Source: Tubiluchus corallicola (taxonomy: Eukaryota > Animalia > Priapulida). From it: a stretch of DNA of 30,849 nucleotides. Under the pieces are notes generated by a model. It was given only the letters and a program-made list of their open reading frames with translations. It had not been told where the DNA came from and searched no databases. Below are positions 9,691 through 20,779 of this stretch, one piece after another. The stretch lies in contig JAQGDQ010001652.1 in NCBI GenBank assembly GCA_030141605.1, positions 1 through 30,849 of the forward strand, written 5' to 3'. Every line of letters begins with the position of its first letter. Position 1 is the stretch's first letter. The translations under genes were made by a program, and so were the position numbers.

Positions 9691-9907
9691 CGTCTGGGAC
9701 ACCTGGTGGTCACACGCGCAACTACTATATAGCATTATGTAAATCGAATATCGTGATATGTATTATAGGTGACTTGTACAGTTCATATCGGATGCACACT
9801 TTATGTATTGTCTATGTATTTAATGAATACCGATGCACAGCTTTTATATTATTTGTTTAACTTATTAATATGATAATTAAAGTGGAAATTGGAAAATTTC
9901 TGCTTGC

Positions 9908-10872
9908 GAACGTGTGCGTGATTGTAGCCGCCACGTGTCCGTCTTGTTAAACGTTTTACTCGCTCAGTGTGAAGATTCTGTGTAAATTTTTGCACGTAAG
10001 TTCTACGCAGAGGTAAAGAATCTCGTAAGAACGTGTGCGTGATTGTAGCCGCCACGTGTCCGTCTTGTTAAACGTTTTACTCGCTCAGTGTGAAGATTCT
10101 GTGTAAATTTTTGCACGTAAGTTCTACGCAGAGGTAAAGAATCTCGTAAGAACGTGTGCGTGATTGTAGCCGCCACGTGTCCGTCTTGTTAAACGTTTTA
10201 CTCGCTCAGTGTGAAGATTCTGTGTAAATTTTTGCACGTAAGTTCTACGCAGAGGTAAAGAATCTCGTAAGAACGTGTGCGTGATTGTAGCCGCCACGTG
10301 TCCGTCTTGTTAAACGTTTTACTCGCTCAGTGTGAAGATTCTGTGTAAATTTTTGCACGTAAGTTCTACGCAGAGGTAAAGAATCTCGTAAGAACGTGTG
10401 CGTGATTGTAGCCGCCACGTGTCCGTCTTGTTAAACGTTTTACTCGCTCAGTGTGAAGATTCTGTGTAAATTTTTGCACGTAAGTTCTACGCAGAGGTAA
10501 AGAATCTCGTAAGAACGTGTGCGTGATTGTAGCCGCCACGTGTCCATCTTGTTAAACGTTTTACTCGCTCAGTGTGAAGATTCTGTGTAAATTTTTGCAC
10601 GTAAGTTCTACGCAGAGGTAAAGAATCTCGTAAGAACGTGTGCGTGATTGTAGCCGCCACGTGTCCGTCTTGTTAAACGTTTTACTCGCTCAGTGTGAAG
10701 ATTCTGTGTAAATTTTTGCACGTAAGTTCTACGCAGAGGTAAAGAATCTCGTAAGAACGTGTGCGTGATTGTAGCCGCCACGTGTCCGTCTTGTTAAACG
10801 TTTTACTCGCTCAGTGTGAAGATTCTGTGTAAATTTTTGCACGTAAGTTCTACGCAGAGGTAAAGAATCTCG
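9908..10872. repeat. 121-bp tandem repeat, 8 near-identical copies, in or just after the attractin 3' UTR
   Basis: Period 121 (9908, 10029, 10150, ...). I saw only one variant base, near 10546. Confidence 0.97.
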
Positions 10873-11002
10873 GCGACGCAGCATAATATTTCTTACGGGA
10901 AGAAAATATTCTCGATCCTTGTAAAACGCAATAAGTTATGCACTTGCTTTTTCTCTTGTTATATGATGTAAGTAATCTCATTGGTTATAGATTTTGAATA
11001 TA

Positions 11003-11846
11003 CGGTAAATTACGTATAACTTGAACACCTCAAAACCGGAAAATTTGCTCGAGTTAGGCGAGGGTACAAGTTCGTGAAAAAAAACATGAGTAACAGTATA
11101 ACCTGTGAAAATGACAAACTGAGGCCTTAATCAAATACAGTCAACCCTCGTTAAACCGGACTAATTGGGGGGGGGGGGGAGGGGTCCGGTTTAGCCGATT
11201 GTCCGATTTATCCGATATGCCTATATATGGTAAATATTATACAGGAATAATCACCTTAATAAGGCCTATATACATTGCACTATATACTGTGCGCTATATA
11301 CTATACTGTATATTACTTTAAAATAGTTAACCTGTGAGGATAAAGAAATTATTGTACAGTTGGTAGCCCGTGTTGTGTTTAGCGCTCCGGCTCGGACGGA
11401 AATCGGTCAGTTTCCTTTACCACGGATGACGTCCGTCTTATCCGATATCCGGGCTAATGGGGTCCGGTTTAACGAGCGTCGACTGTATCAAACAACAGTT
11501 TTTATGAATAATCAAAAATAAAATTAGCAGTCCACCTATATAGCCTGAGTAGCATGGTTAATATAATTCCGCAATAATAATATTGTGATCTACATTAAAC
11601 CAAGTTCATTAAGACATCTTGTGTGCTGGGTGCTGCTAAGGCAATACAAGAAATCTTGGCATATTTCCTGAAACTAGCAGTTAAAATTGTAACGCGGTGC
11701 ACACTTTCTTGTAGGATTTCTCATTTCAGAGGTTGTTCGAGATAAGCGAGGTAATTTCAGTCAGATTCGTATAAATTGTGCTGGGAATTCCAACTGAATT
11801 ATGCAATAATTCACGTTACGGATTTCGAGTTATGCGATGATTGGTG
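11003..11846. mobile_element. Possible old pogo/Tigger-like element hosting the 11138-11485 insertion
   Basis: Degenerate ends cggtaaattacgtataacttgaac ... ttcgagttatgcga, with internal ttcgagttat-type motifs. Boundaries uncertain. Confidence 0.3.
11138..11485. mobile_element. Tc1/mariner-superfamily (pogo/Tigger-like) MITE
   Basis: TA|CAGTCAACCCTCGTTAAACCGGAC ... GTCCGGTTTAACGAGCGTCGACTG|TA: 24-bp TIR with 2 mismatches and a TA TSD. Confidence 0.9.
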
Positions 11847-12274
11847 AAGAGAAAAATGAAAGGAACAATCCGTTCCACGAGATCTGTTCGAGAATTTGAG
11901 TTATAACGGGTCGAGTTATACAGTGGAACAATGCTTGCTATTGTAACCTACTACTGCTACTACTTTTGCACTCTAATGGCCAACTCCAGTATATTTATTT
12001 TCATTCTCCTATGAAGAACCACTAAGAACAAGATATATAAAGGACAAGGACAGTAGTCATGTCAATATACCTGTCTGTAGCACATTTTGTATCTTTAGGA
12101 AGAAGTACCATACATTTAAGTTTGCAACAGGAAGCAACAACAAGGATCAACAATGAATCAGAATTTACACAAAAATGATGCTATAAAACTGACTAGAAAT
12201 TAAATAGCCAGCCAGAAAAAAATGAAATATAAATTTACAAATAAAGGTAAATTAGCTGAAGCTGGTCAAGTTAT

Positions 12275-13195
12275 TAGAGAGTTTCCGGTACAATCGTAGA
12301 ACGCTTTTTCAAGATCCCGGGAGCGGAACTGACGTCATCATACAGTCTGAAAGATGATAGAATGGAATAATCATTTCTGTGCTAGAACGTCTTCTTCAAT
12401 CTCATGCTGATTGTAAATTTTTTTATAGTGAAAAGTCGACAGTTTCCGCATAATTTTGAGCAAGTTGGCACCAACACGTGTATGTAGATTTGCCTTGTCT
12501 CTTTGTGTTTAAAGAATTTAAGTCATTTAAATACCTTAAAAATTACTCTGTTGAGTTCAGAACAATGGCGGCTCATAGCCAAAATTAGTGGGGGTGCTGC
12601 TTCAGAAACATTTTAGCAATTGTTCTGATACTGTGTAAAACATGACAAACATATAATTTTAATGTTGTAATTTGTAATTGTAACTTTTTACATATAAACA
12701 TACGAAAGTTTATACATAAACTTGATAAAACCTAAACAAAAAAGTATTTTTGCTTACTGATAGCCTAAATTGTCGCAGTTCAAGCTCGATCCATTCACGG
12801 TAAGCTCGTGACAACTGACAAAAAACTGTGTGAGCGACAGTACTTTCTCTACCTGCGCTCAGACATGTGCGCATGGCCGCATGCGTACAACAGCCAAACA
12901 CTGCATTGCTGGAAGCACACTGTGCTGGGCTGTGAAGCAAACAGTACTACCCACACGTGCTCTGGTTCCATACAAGTATAAAGAAAGAACTAAAGAAAAA
13001 GACTTATTATTATGAATATTATCGGTAGCATTGAGTGAGAATAGGGGGTGCTGCAGTTCCGCAGTACTGAGACACGAGCCGCCGCTGGTCCGGGAACTGC
13101 AATGAAACATATTGGGTTGAATTCTGACTTCAACTGTGGAAGCATCATTTCAGAATCAGAATTTTTCTCTGTTTGATTGTAACGGAAACTCTCTA
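12275..13195. mobile_element. TIR element of uncertain superfamily (outer element of a nest)
   Basis: tagagagtttccggtacaatc (12275) versus gattgtaacggaaactctcta (ends 13195): 21-bp inverted repeat with 1 mismatch. No clear TSD. Confidence 0.65.
12563..13087. mobile_element. hAT-type MITE nested in the 12275-13195 element
   Basis: Ends caatggcggctca / cgagccgccgctg. Flanking 8-mers gttcagaa and gtccggga differ by three transitions, consistent with a decayed 8-bp TSD. Subterminal gggggtgctgc motifs. Confidence 0.6.
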
Positions 13196-13636
13196 CTCTT
13201 GTCTCATATCAGCAGCACTTACGTTTTGTTGAACTTCTTTTGCTTAATGTAATTAAATGTAGGGGGGGGGCAAATGCTGTATTTGCTACTCCCAGTCTAG
13301 CGTTCACGAAAATTGTGTGCAATTTTCCTTAAACAGTATTGGACAGGCAGCTGAAATAAAAGTGCAACGTCTTTGCAACTGGTCTAGTAGATCCCCCCAG
13401 ATCCTTGAGATCATTGGGAATTAGTCAAATCCCACACACCCTGCTTCCTACTGTTTTCGTCTTCCTGTAATTCAGCGAGAAAACGAGTCAAAACTGTTTG
13501 AAGGGCACTGGTTCTTGCTAGTTCCTTGGCAATTGATGTCACTATACAGCGAATAATGTACTGTTGCAAGTGTCTCCATCTGTTAAATTTATTGTTGAAC
13601 TAACAAAGTCGGTGCACCTTTAACTTGTGACGTGGG

Positions 13637-14210
13637 AGTGAGTAGTGAGTACGTCAGTAAATATTTGAGTACTTGATAACCATGAGTACTCAACGAATAA
13701 CTGATTTTGCACTCGAGTATCGCAAACTCTTGAGTACTTAATTAACTGGAGTACTCAGTGAATACTTGATTTAGCACTTGAGTATGTGGGATATTTTGAG
13801 TACTTGATTAAATTGAGTGGTCAGTGAGTACCTAATTTGCACCTGAACATCGGTGGAATTTTTAAGTACTCGACTACCCAGACTACTCAGCTGAATTTGC
13901 ACTGGAGTATCGGGAAATTTTTGAGTACTTGATTAACTTGAGTAGTCAGCGAATACTTGATTTAGCACTTGAGTGTCTGGGATATTTTGAGTACTTGATT
14001 AACTTGAGTACTCAATGAATACTTGATTTAGCACTTGAGTATCTGGGATATTTTGAGTACTTGATTAACTTGAGTAGTCAGTGAGTAGCTGATTTTGCAC
14101 CCGAACATCGGTGGAATTTTTAAGTACTCGATTACCCAGACTACTCAGCTGAATTTGCACTGGAGTATTGGGAAATTTTTGAGTACTTGATTGACTCGAG
14201 TTACTCAGCC
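13637..14210. repeat. Complex GAGTAC-rich degenerate repeat with an internal duplication of about 250 bp
   Basis: Many gagtacttga / gagtactc motifs. The block ...aacatcggtggaatttttaagtactcg...actactcagctgaatttgcactggagtat occurs near 13845 and near 14103. Confidence 0.85.
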
Positions 14211-14543
14211 CAGCATCCAGTAGATTCGTCTTTTAGGGCAGCATAATTATGAGCATCATGATGTGAAAATAATATGAAATTCTGACGGAGACGTTTTCAA
14301 AACGTTCAAGTTCAAACATGTTTAGACGAACATTCTTGCAAACACTGTACAGTATTGTTTTATGAATAAAGTGGTACAACAGTTTTTTATATATAAACAT
14401 GTTGAAACGTGTTAGTTTATTTGTTGTTTTTTATATCGATACATATATGTGCTTCTGTTTGGAACACATAGCGTCCTTACTAACAGTCGTTTAGTTTTTT
14501 TGGTACAACTAGTCCAGAATGTGAAGCATTGGCTTACTCGCTG

Positions 14544-15352
14544 TAACACTTTCAGATAACCAAAAGCACATGAACAACAATAACAAAATCAACAACCACG
14601 GCAAAGCAGACCTCGTTATAAGTTACTTATAAAGGCGTAATATAGATTAGTCTAGTACATTTTGATATTGTACAGTTCTTCTTCTTCTTCAGACCAATGT
14701 AAAATGTGCAAACGTCAGCTACATGTTATGTTTGTGATGATGGTTCCTATAACACTTTCAGATAACCAAAAGCATATGAACAACAATAAAATCAACAACC
14801 ACGGCGAAGCAGACCTCGTTATAAGTTACTTATAAAGGCGTAATATAGATTGGTCTAGTACATTCTGATATTTGTACAGTTTATGTGCAGATCCATGTAA
14901 AATGTGCAAATGTCAGCTACATGTTATGTTTGTGATGATGGTTCCTATAACACTATCAAATAACCAAAAGCATATGAATAACAACAACAAAAGCAACAAC
15001 CACGGCAAAGCAGACCTCGTTATAAGTTACTTATATAGGCGTAATATAGATTGGTCTAGTACGTTCTGATATTTGTACAGTTTATGTGCAGATCCATGTA
15101 AAATGTGCAAATGTCAGCTACATGTTATGTTTGTGATGATGGTTCCTATAACACTTTCAAATAACCAAAAGCATATGAATAACAACAACAAAAGCAACAA
15201 CCACGGCGAAACAGACCTCGTTATAAGTTACGTATAAAGGCATAATATAGATTAGTCTAGTACATTCTGATATTTGTACAGTTCTTGTGCAGACCCAATG
15301 TAAAATGTGCAAATGTCAGCTACATGTTGGTTTGTGATGATGGTTCCTTTAA
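14544..15352. repeat. About 200-bp tandem repeat, 4 copies
   Basis: Unit taacactttcagataaccaaaagcatatgaacaacaa...gtttgtgatgatggttccta starting near 14544, 14750, 14948 and 15149. Confidence 0.93.
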
Positions 15353-15907
15353 CTCATTCTAGAACTTTTCTTCAACATTGCTTTATTGTGATGTCACACA
15401 CAATATTAAGAAACCATCATCATCATCTTGTCAAGCCACAAAGCAACATCAACAACGAAAACAACACCAGGTGAGAAACTGCATGAAAATAATGACAATT
15501 CCATCCACTCATGATCAATAATGCGTGAACGTTCTGCATAATTCTTGCTAACCAAATGTGGAAAATGATGACATTGATGCAGGAACGTTCTACCTAGTCT
15601 TTGCTTACTGCTACCAAAATGGATGGTAAGCTAGCTGTTGACAGATTTCAGATACCTGTTTGCAGTTGTCGTGGGATCCAAATTTGCAAAACTCTAATAT
15701 GCATTATTTGCCACACAATGACTAAATGGCAAATTTTTTTATTACCATGCCAAATTTTTGCTCGGAAGTGGTGCTGACAAGCCACTGACACAGCAGTATC
15801 TAGTTTTTTACTGGATTACTGCTGCGTTTACCTGTCTTGAGGGCAGATTTCTTATATTTTAGAATTTTGCCTGCCCAATGTCCACAATAGACGTAATTGG
15901 CATATGT

Positions 15908-15980
15908 TGATGATGATGACGAGGACGACGACGACGATGATTGATGATGATGATGATGACGATGATTGATGATGATGATA
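15908..15980. repeat. Imperfect (GAT/GAC)n trinucleotide microsatellite
   Basis: gatgatgatgacgaggacgacgacgacgatgattgatgatg... Confidence 0.85.
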
Positions 15981-16608
15981 ATGCATCATATGCATGAGAA
16001 TGAGAAAAACTACACAGCGAAATGAACGTCTTTATAGAGTTACTTGCAAGCGAATGTAACAAAAAACTATGGAAATAAAAGAGAAACGAAAATTAGAAAA
16101 AATATAATTTGACAAGTGAAAGACAACAACAGTGAAATAATAACATTTTAAAATGTAATAATTACTATAATGTCAGAATGAAATTTATAATATAAATGAC
16201 AAATTAATAATTCAATATTTGTCAATCATAGATATTCGTTTCAGTTTGATTTTTTCCTGAAGTTCAAACACGGGAACACTAAGCCTTGCTAAAGTAAATA
16301 CCAAGAAAGACCATCTACTACGTACAATTCATGGACGAAATATAACCTGTACATGTTACAAAAAGACCAAGCCTTAAGTAATAATGCTTTCTTCGCTTTT
16401 GTAAAAGATTGTTTATTAATTTATCAACTTGTTTAACATTGCGCAAAATTCAGGAAACGCCCAACTGTTTTGTACGACTTACACTGTTTTGCAAGCAATA
16501 ATTACTTAATAAAATTTTATTAAAATTTGTTAGGAAAAGCCAACGTTGTTACTGCTCGCTAGCAGTCTAGTTGTAAAATTACTAGTAGTGTGAAATGGAA
16601 ACGTAATA

Positions 16609-17195
16609 AGAGTAAGTAAGTAAGTAAGTACGTACATAAGTAAGTATGTAATAAATAAGTAAGTAAGCGAGCAAGTAAGTAAGTAATAAATAATTTATTT
16701 GTCTCTGAATGTTACACAATAAACATAAACGAAAGAAAAAACTAAAATAAAGATAAAAAAGAGACAGGGTGGCAAAAAGACCAAGGGTCACCAAGTCAAC
16801 CAAACTGAAGAGAATTTTAAAAGTGACCTGTCAAGTAAGGTTTGTACAAATGAATATAATCAGCAACTTAACAGAAAAATGAGGAACAAGTTCAAATGAG
16901 TAAATAAATTTGGCCATGAGAAGAGGCAAAATTTAAATTAGCAAACAAAACAGAAAATTTAAAATTAAAATCAAGAGACCAAATCCAACTCAACAAAACT
17001 AATAATTACATATAAATCAAGAAACTCAATTCAACATAAGAAGCAAAAAAATGAAGCAACGTGAAGCCATGAGTAAATCATCACCAGGTCAAGAACCTGA
17101 AGCAACGTGAAGCCATGAGTAAATCATCACAAGGTCAAGAACCTGAAGCAACGTGAAGCCATGAGTAAATCATCACCAGGTCAAGCACCTCTATT
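16609..17195 (-). mobile_element. Probable LINE 3' UTR remnant with a (TTAC)n tail
   Basis: On the minus strand, a T-rich UTR leads to AATAAA (plus-strand tttatt near 16694) and then (TTAC)n. This is the same tail type as the LINE at 24081-24557. No ORF seen. Confidence 0.45.
17052..17190. repeat. 46-bp tandem repeat, 3 copies
   Basis: tgaagcaacgtgaagccatgagtaaatcatcaccaggtcaagaacc at 17052, 17098 and 17144. Confidence 0.93.
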
Positions 17196-17342
17196 AAAAT
17201 AAATAAATGAAATTATATAATCTGACAAGTACAGACACGGAAATTTATAATAATCAACATTTAAGAATGAAAAGAAAAAATAAAGATGAGTAACTAGGCA
17301 AATATTAGTATATAAGAAATATCCTGTGTTTCCACTGCACAC

Positions 17343-17720
17343 TAGGGGTGAGCATCGAACGCTCGAATTCGATTTGAACGAGTTTTTTTAGTTCGAACTC
17401 GATTCGAATCCAAAATTATAGATTCGAATAATTCAGCATTTCAATCACATATGTTCTTTATGACTAAAACGATTGAAACATCACGCAATTAGCATAATTT
17501 AGCTGTGATTTCTGTACACAGTTTTAAAGAAATTACTAGTCGTTTTATTGCAGAACAAAATCTAGTGAGATGCATGATCTTTGTAAGACTAATTTTTGCT
17601 GGTGGTTCGAAAACTTGTTCGATAATCTTACTCACACCGAACTTCGGTTCGATTCGAATTCGAAAGTTGCCAATTCGGTTCGATTCGAATTCGCTTTCTG
17701 GTAGAGAATGCTCACCTCTA
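17343..17720. mobile_element. hAT-type MITE with a perfect 8-bp TSD
   Basis: TIR TAGGGGTGAGCA / TGCTCACCTCTA. TSD CTGCACAC at 17335-17342 and 17721-17728. Dense subterminal TTCGAA/TCGA motifs. Confidence 0.93.
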
Positions 17721-18424
17721 CTGCACACTAATAGTGCTAATTTTAATTACTGCTGGAGTTGAGTAAAAACATTGGATTTCCCTAATAAAAAATGGATAAA
17801 ATTATGGATTAAAAATGGATTTATTAGTGTGTTGTTTATGAAACGGATTTTTGTTCTCGTTGAGTACAATTCAGTTTTTATATTTTTTTAAATTTAATTT
17901 AAAGGAAAATTTTACATACTTTTAGGTAAAGCACGCGTGTGTAGATTTAGACGTATGGTGTAACTTAATCTGTGTTTCTCCTGTTCAAATAAACAGTTAT
18001 AGCCATCATCATCATCGTCGCCAGGTACAATTATTGTCTTGAATAATTCAATAATTGTGAGAGTTTTAAAAATGCAATGATAAAGATTAGACTACTCTTG
18101 TGGGTGTAGGTGCCCTTCAAATTGGCGAATGGTTTCACGGAGAAATAAAAAAAGAACGTTGCGTACCAAAGAGCACAGTAGTCTACATATAAACAATTTA
18201 CGTGTTGCCATAGCAACGATTAAATTTTAATGAAATTCCGAGATAGAAAACACGAAAGTGCAATTAAGTTTATGAGTTATGCTTTATCTATAGATAAACG
18301 TACATTATAAACATATCAGCTGTATGTGCTAATCAATAGGCAGAGATATTAAAGCTAATCATGACAACAGCATGACGACAGTTACGTCACATGTTTGAAA
18401 CATTTCGTTTCCGGTCTTAGAGGA

Positions 18425-18734
18425 TCTCGAAGAGTTCAGCATATGAAGAGCACCCGTATTGCTGTTTGCCAGGAGGCAATTTTTAACACTTTTAACAATA
18501 AGAACTCCATGCAGTGTCAAGCAGATGTTTAACATTTAGAACGGTGCATTATTCGAATTATACTAATTTAAGAATTGTTCCTTTAATCACAAAAGTATAA
18601 CTGCAAATAATATACCGTTCTAAATGTTAAACATCTGCTTGACACTGCATGAAGTTCTTACTGTTAAATGTGTTAAAAATTGCCTCCTGGCAAACAGCAA
18701 TACGGGTGCTCTTCATATGCTGAAATCTTCGAGA
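18425..18734. repeat. Fold-back inverted repeat: 121-bp arms, 68-bp spacer
   Basis: 18425-18545 is the reverse complement of 18614-18734, with about 4 mismatches by eye. Confidence 0.93.
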
Positions 18735-18873
18735 CCTTCTTTGTCTACTTATGATCCCAATATGGAAGTCACAAACTAAACTAAACACGATAGTTATGCT
18801 ACATATTATGGTCACGTGCTCATGTGCGTCATTTTGCTTTTCATGAGTTCGTGTCATGCAGTCATTTTTCCTG

Positions 18874-19372
18874 AGAGTAGTTACTCACATAAACAGTCAT
18901 TTTATTGAGTACGACTATTCACATATACACTCTTTTTTCTGGAATACAGTTACTCACAGATTTTTTATTGAGTACTGTTACTAACTAGTATATTTATTTT
19001 TCTTGAGTACTGTTACTAACTAGTACAGTTATTTTTCTTGTGTACTGTTACTAACTAGTATAGTTATCTTTCTTGAGTACTGTCACTAACTAGTATAGTT
19101 ATTTTCCTTGTGTACTGTTACTAACTAGTATAGTTACCTTTCTTGAGTACTGTTACTAACTAGTATAGTTATCTTGCTTGAGTACTGTTACTATCTAGTA
19201 TAGTTATTTTTCTTGAGTACTGCTACTAACTAGTATAGTTATTTTTCTTGAGTACTGTTGCTAACTAGTATAGTTATTTTTCTTGAGTACTGTTACTAGC
19301 TAGTATAGTTATTTTTCTTGAGTACTGTTACTAACTAGTATAGTTATTTTTCTTGAGTACTGTTACTAACTA
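18874..19372. repeat. 35-bp minisatellite, about 14 copies, degenerate at the left end
   Basis: Unit gagtactgttactaactagtatagttatttttctt. Confidence 0.95.
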
Positions 19373-19527
19373 CATGTAGCATGCTACATAAGTTACTTTA
19401 CATTTTATAGTCGAATTAGAAAAATCTAGAAAGAACTAATGTACAACTAAGATCTGTTGTTTTCACAACCTTTTTTGAGGACCTCAATAAATTTGGAGAC
19501 CCATTCAATGGCAAGGCGGGCATCTTA

Positions 19528-20021
19528 CAGTCATTTGCAAAAGTTTAAGACCAAGCTCGAGTTTTCGGGATTTTCATCATACTGTACCCTGATTGCATCA
19601 GGTTCTTTGTTGATTGCGTCAAACTGCTAGTGGTTTGAAACAGTACGTCTAGTGAGTATGAGTGAATCTCTGAGAGATACTGAAGGATAAGGTTGCAGAC
19701 AGGCAGCCATCAAGTGCTGAAGACTTGCGAAGAGTTATCAAGGACGTCTGGGTTAAAGAAATTACTTCCGAGTACTGCCAAAACCTAATTTCCAGTATGT
19801 CTCTTAGACTGAAGGCAGTGATTGACAACTTCGGCGATTATACAAAGTACTAAAATGTTGAAGGACTGTGACTATTTTTGGATAAAAACATACAAACTAT
19901 GCTGTAGTATATTTTTCTAGAAGAATAAATGAATAGTTTTTAGATGGAACCGTGTTAAACGAAGGTTTTGTAAATTTTCATGAAAAAAATCACTTTGATC
20001 TTAAACTTTTGCAAATGATTA
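19528..20021 (+). mobile_element. Internally deleted Tc1-family transposon retaining the transposase C-terminus
   Basis: TA|CAGTCATTTGCAAAAGTTTAAGACC ... GATCTTAAACTTTTGCAAATGATTA|TA. 19665-19853 translates NL*EILKDKVADRQPSSAEDLRRVIKDVWVKEITSEYCQNLISSMSLRLKAVIDNFGDYTKY*, a typical Tc1 C-terminus. Confidence 0.92.
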
Positions 20022-20779
20022 TATATTGAGAAAGTCTCTTACAGTCCGTGGGTTGTGAGAAAGGACTGAGCCTTGTCAGAAAACGTCACTGTTAAATGTG
20101 AGAGAAGTGTGGCCCATATGATGCTCTGAATTTCCACGGAACTTCAGTCGGTGATTGAAGGACCTTTTGTCAGTCTGATCTTGCATCTCATTCCTGACAT
20201 TACTGTCATCACCATAGCAACTGGGATCCAATCAATCAATAAATAGAAAGAATTGTCAATTGTAAATAGAAATTATAATCAATCAAAGGTCCCTTTTAAT
20301 TCATGTAAGAGTTTGTCGATATTGGAGAAAACCTTAAGAAAATAAAAATTAGTATTTGTTTTGAATGTGGTGATATGCATTATAATTTGTTAGAAAAGGA
20401 TCGGCTTCAATCAAAGTGCCACCAATAATCAATAATGCGCTATAATTACACTTTGTGAGTTAACGTGCACGAAATGGAATTGTCCAGATTTAATTTTCAT
20501 TCATTTCATAGTTGTGAATTATAATGTTTGTCTAACGTGACTTTTATATCATTGAAATAAAACTTTGGTTATCAATTTATTAGCTTCTGTTTGAACACAG
20601 CAAATGATAAAATGAAAAGCATGACGACGCATGAAAAATTTGTGCATTGCAGGCAATTTTATCAATCGAAAACAAATCTTGTTGTTGTTGTCGCTGTAGT
20701 CGTCATGTCATCATTTTAATTGTTTTGGTTGTTGTTGCTGTTGCTGATGTTGTTGTTGTTGTTCATGAAATTGTTGGAT

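Noticed and set aside
20050-20095. Penelope-type minimal hammerhead remnant (gtgagaaaggactgagccttgtcagaaaacgtc)
   Set aside because: The CUGANGA core is absent and helix I is not convincing; at best a dead relic.
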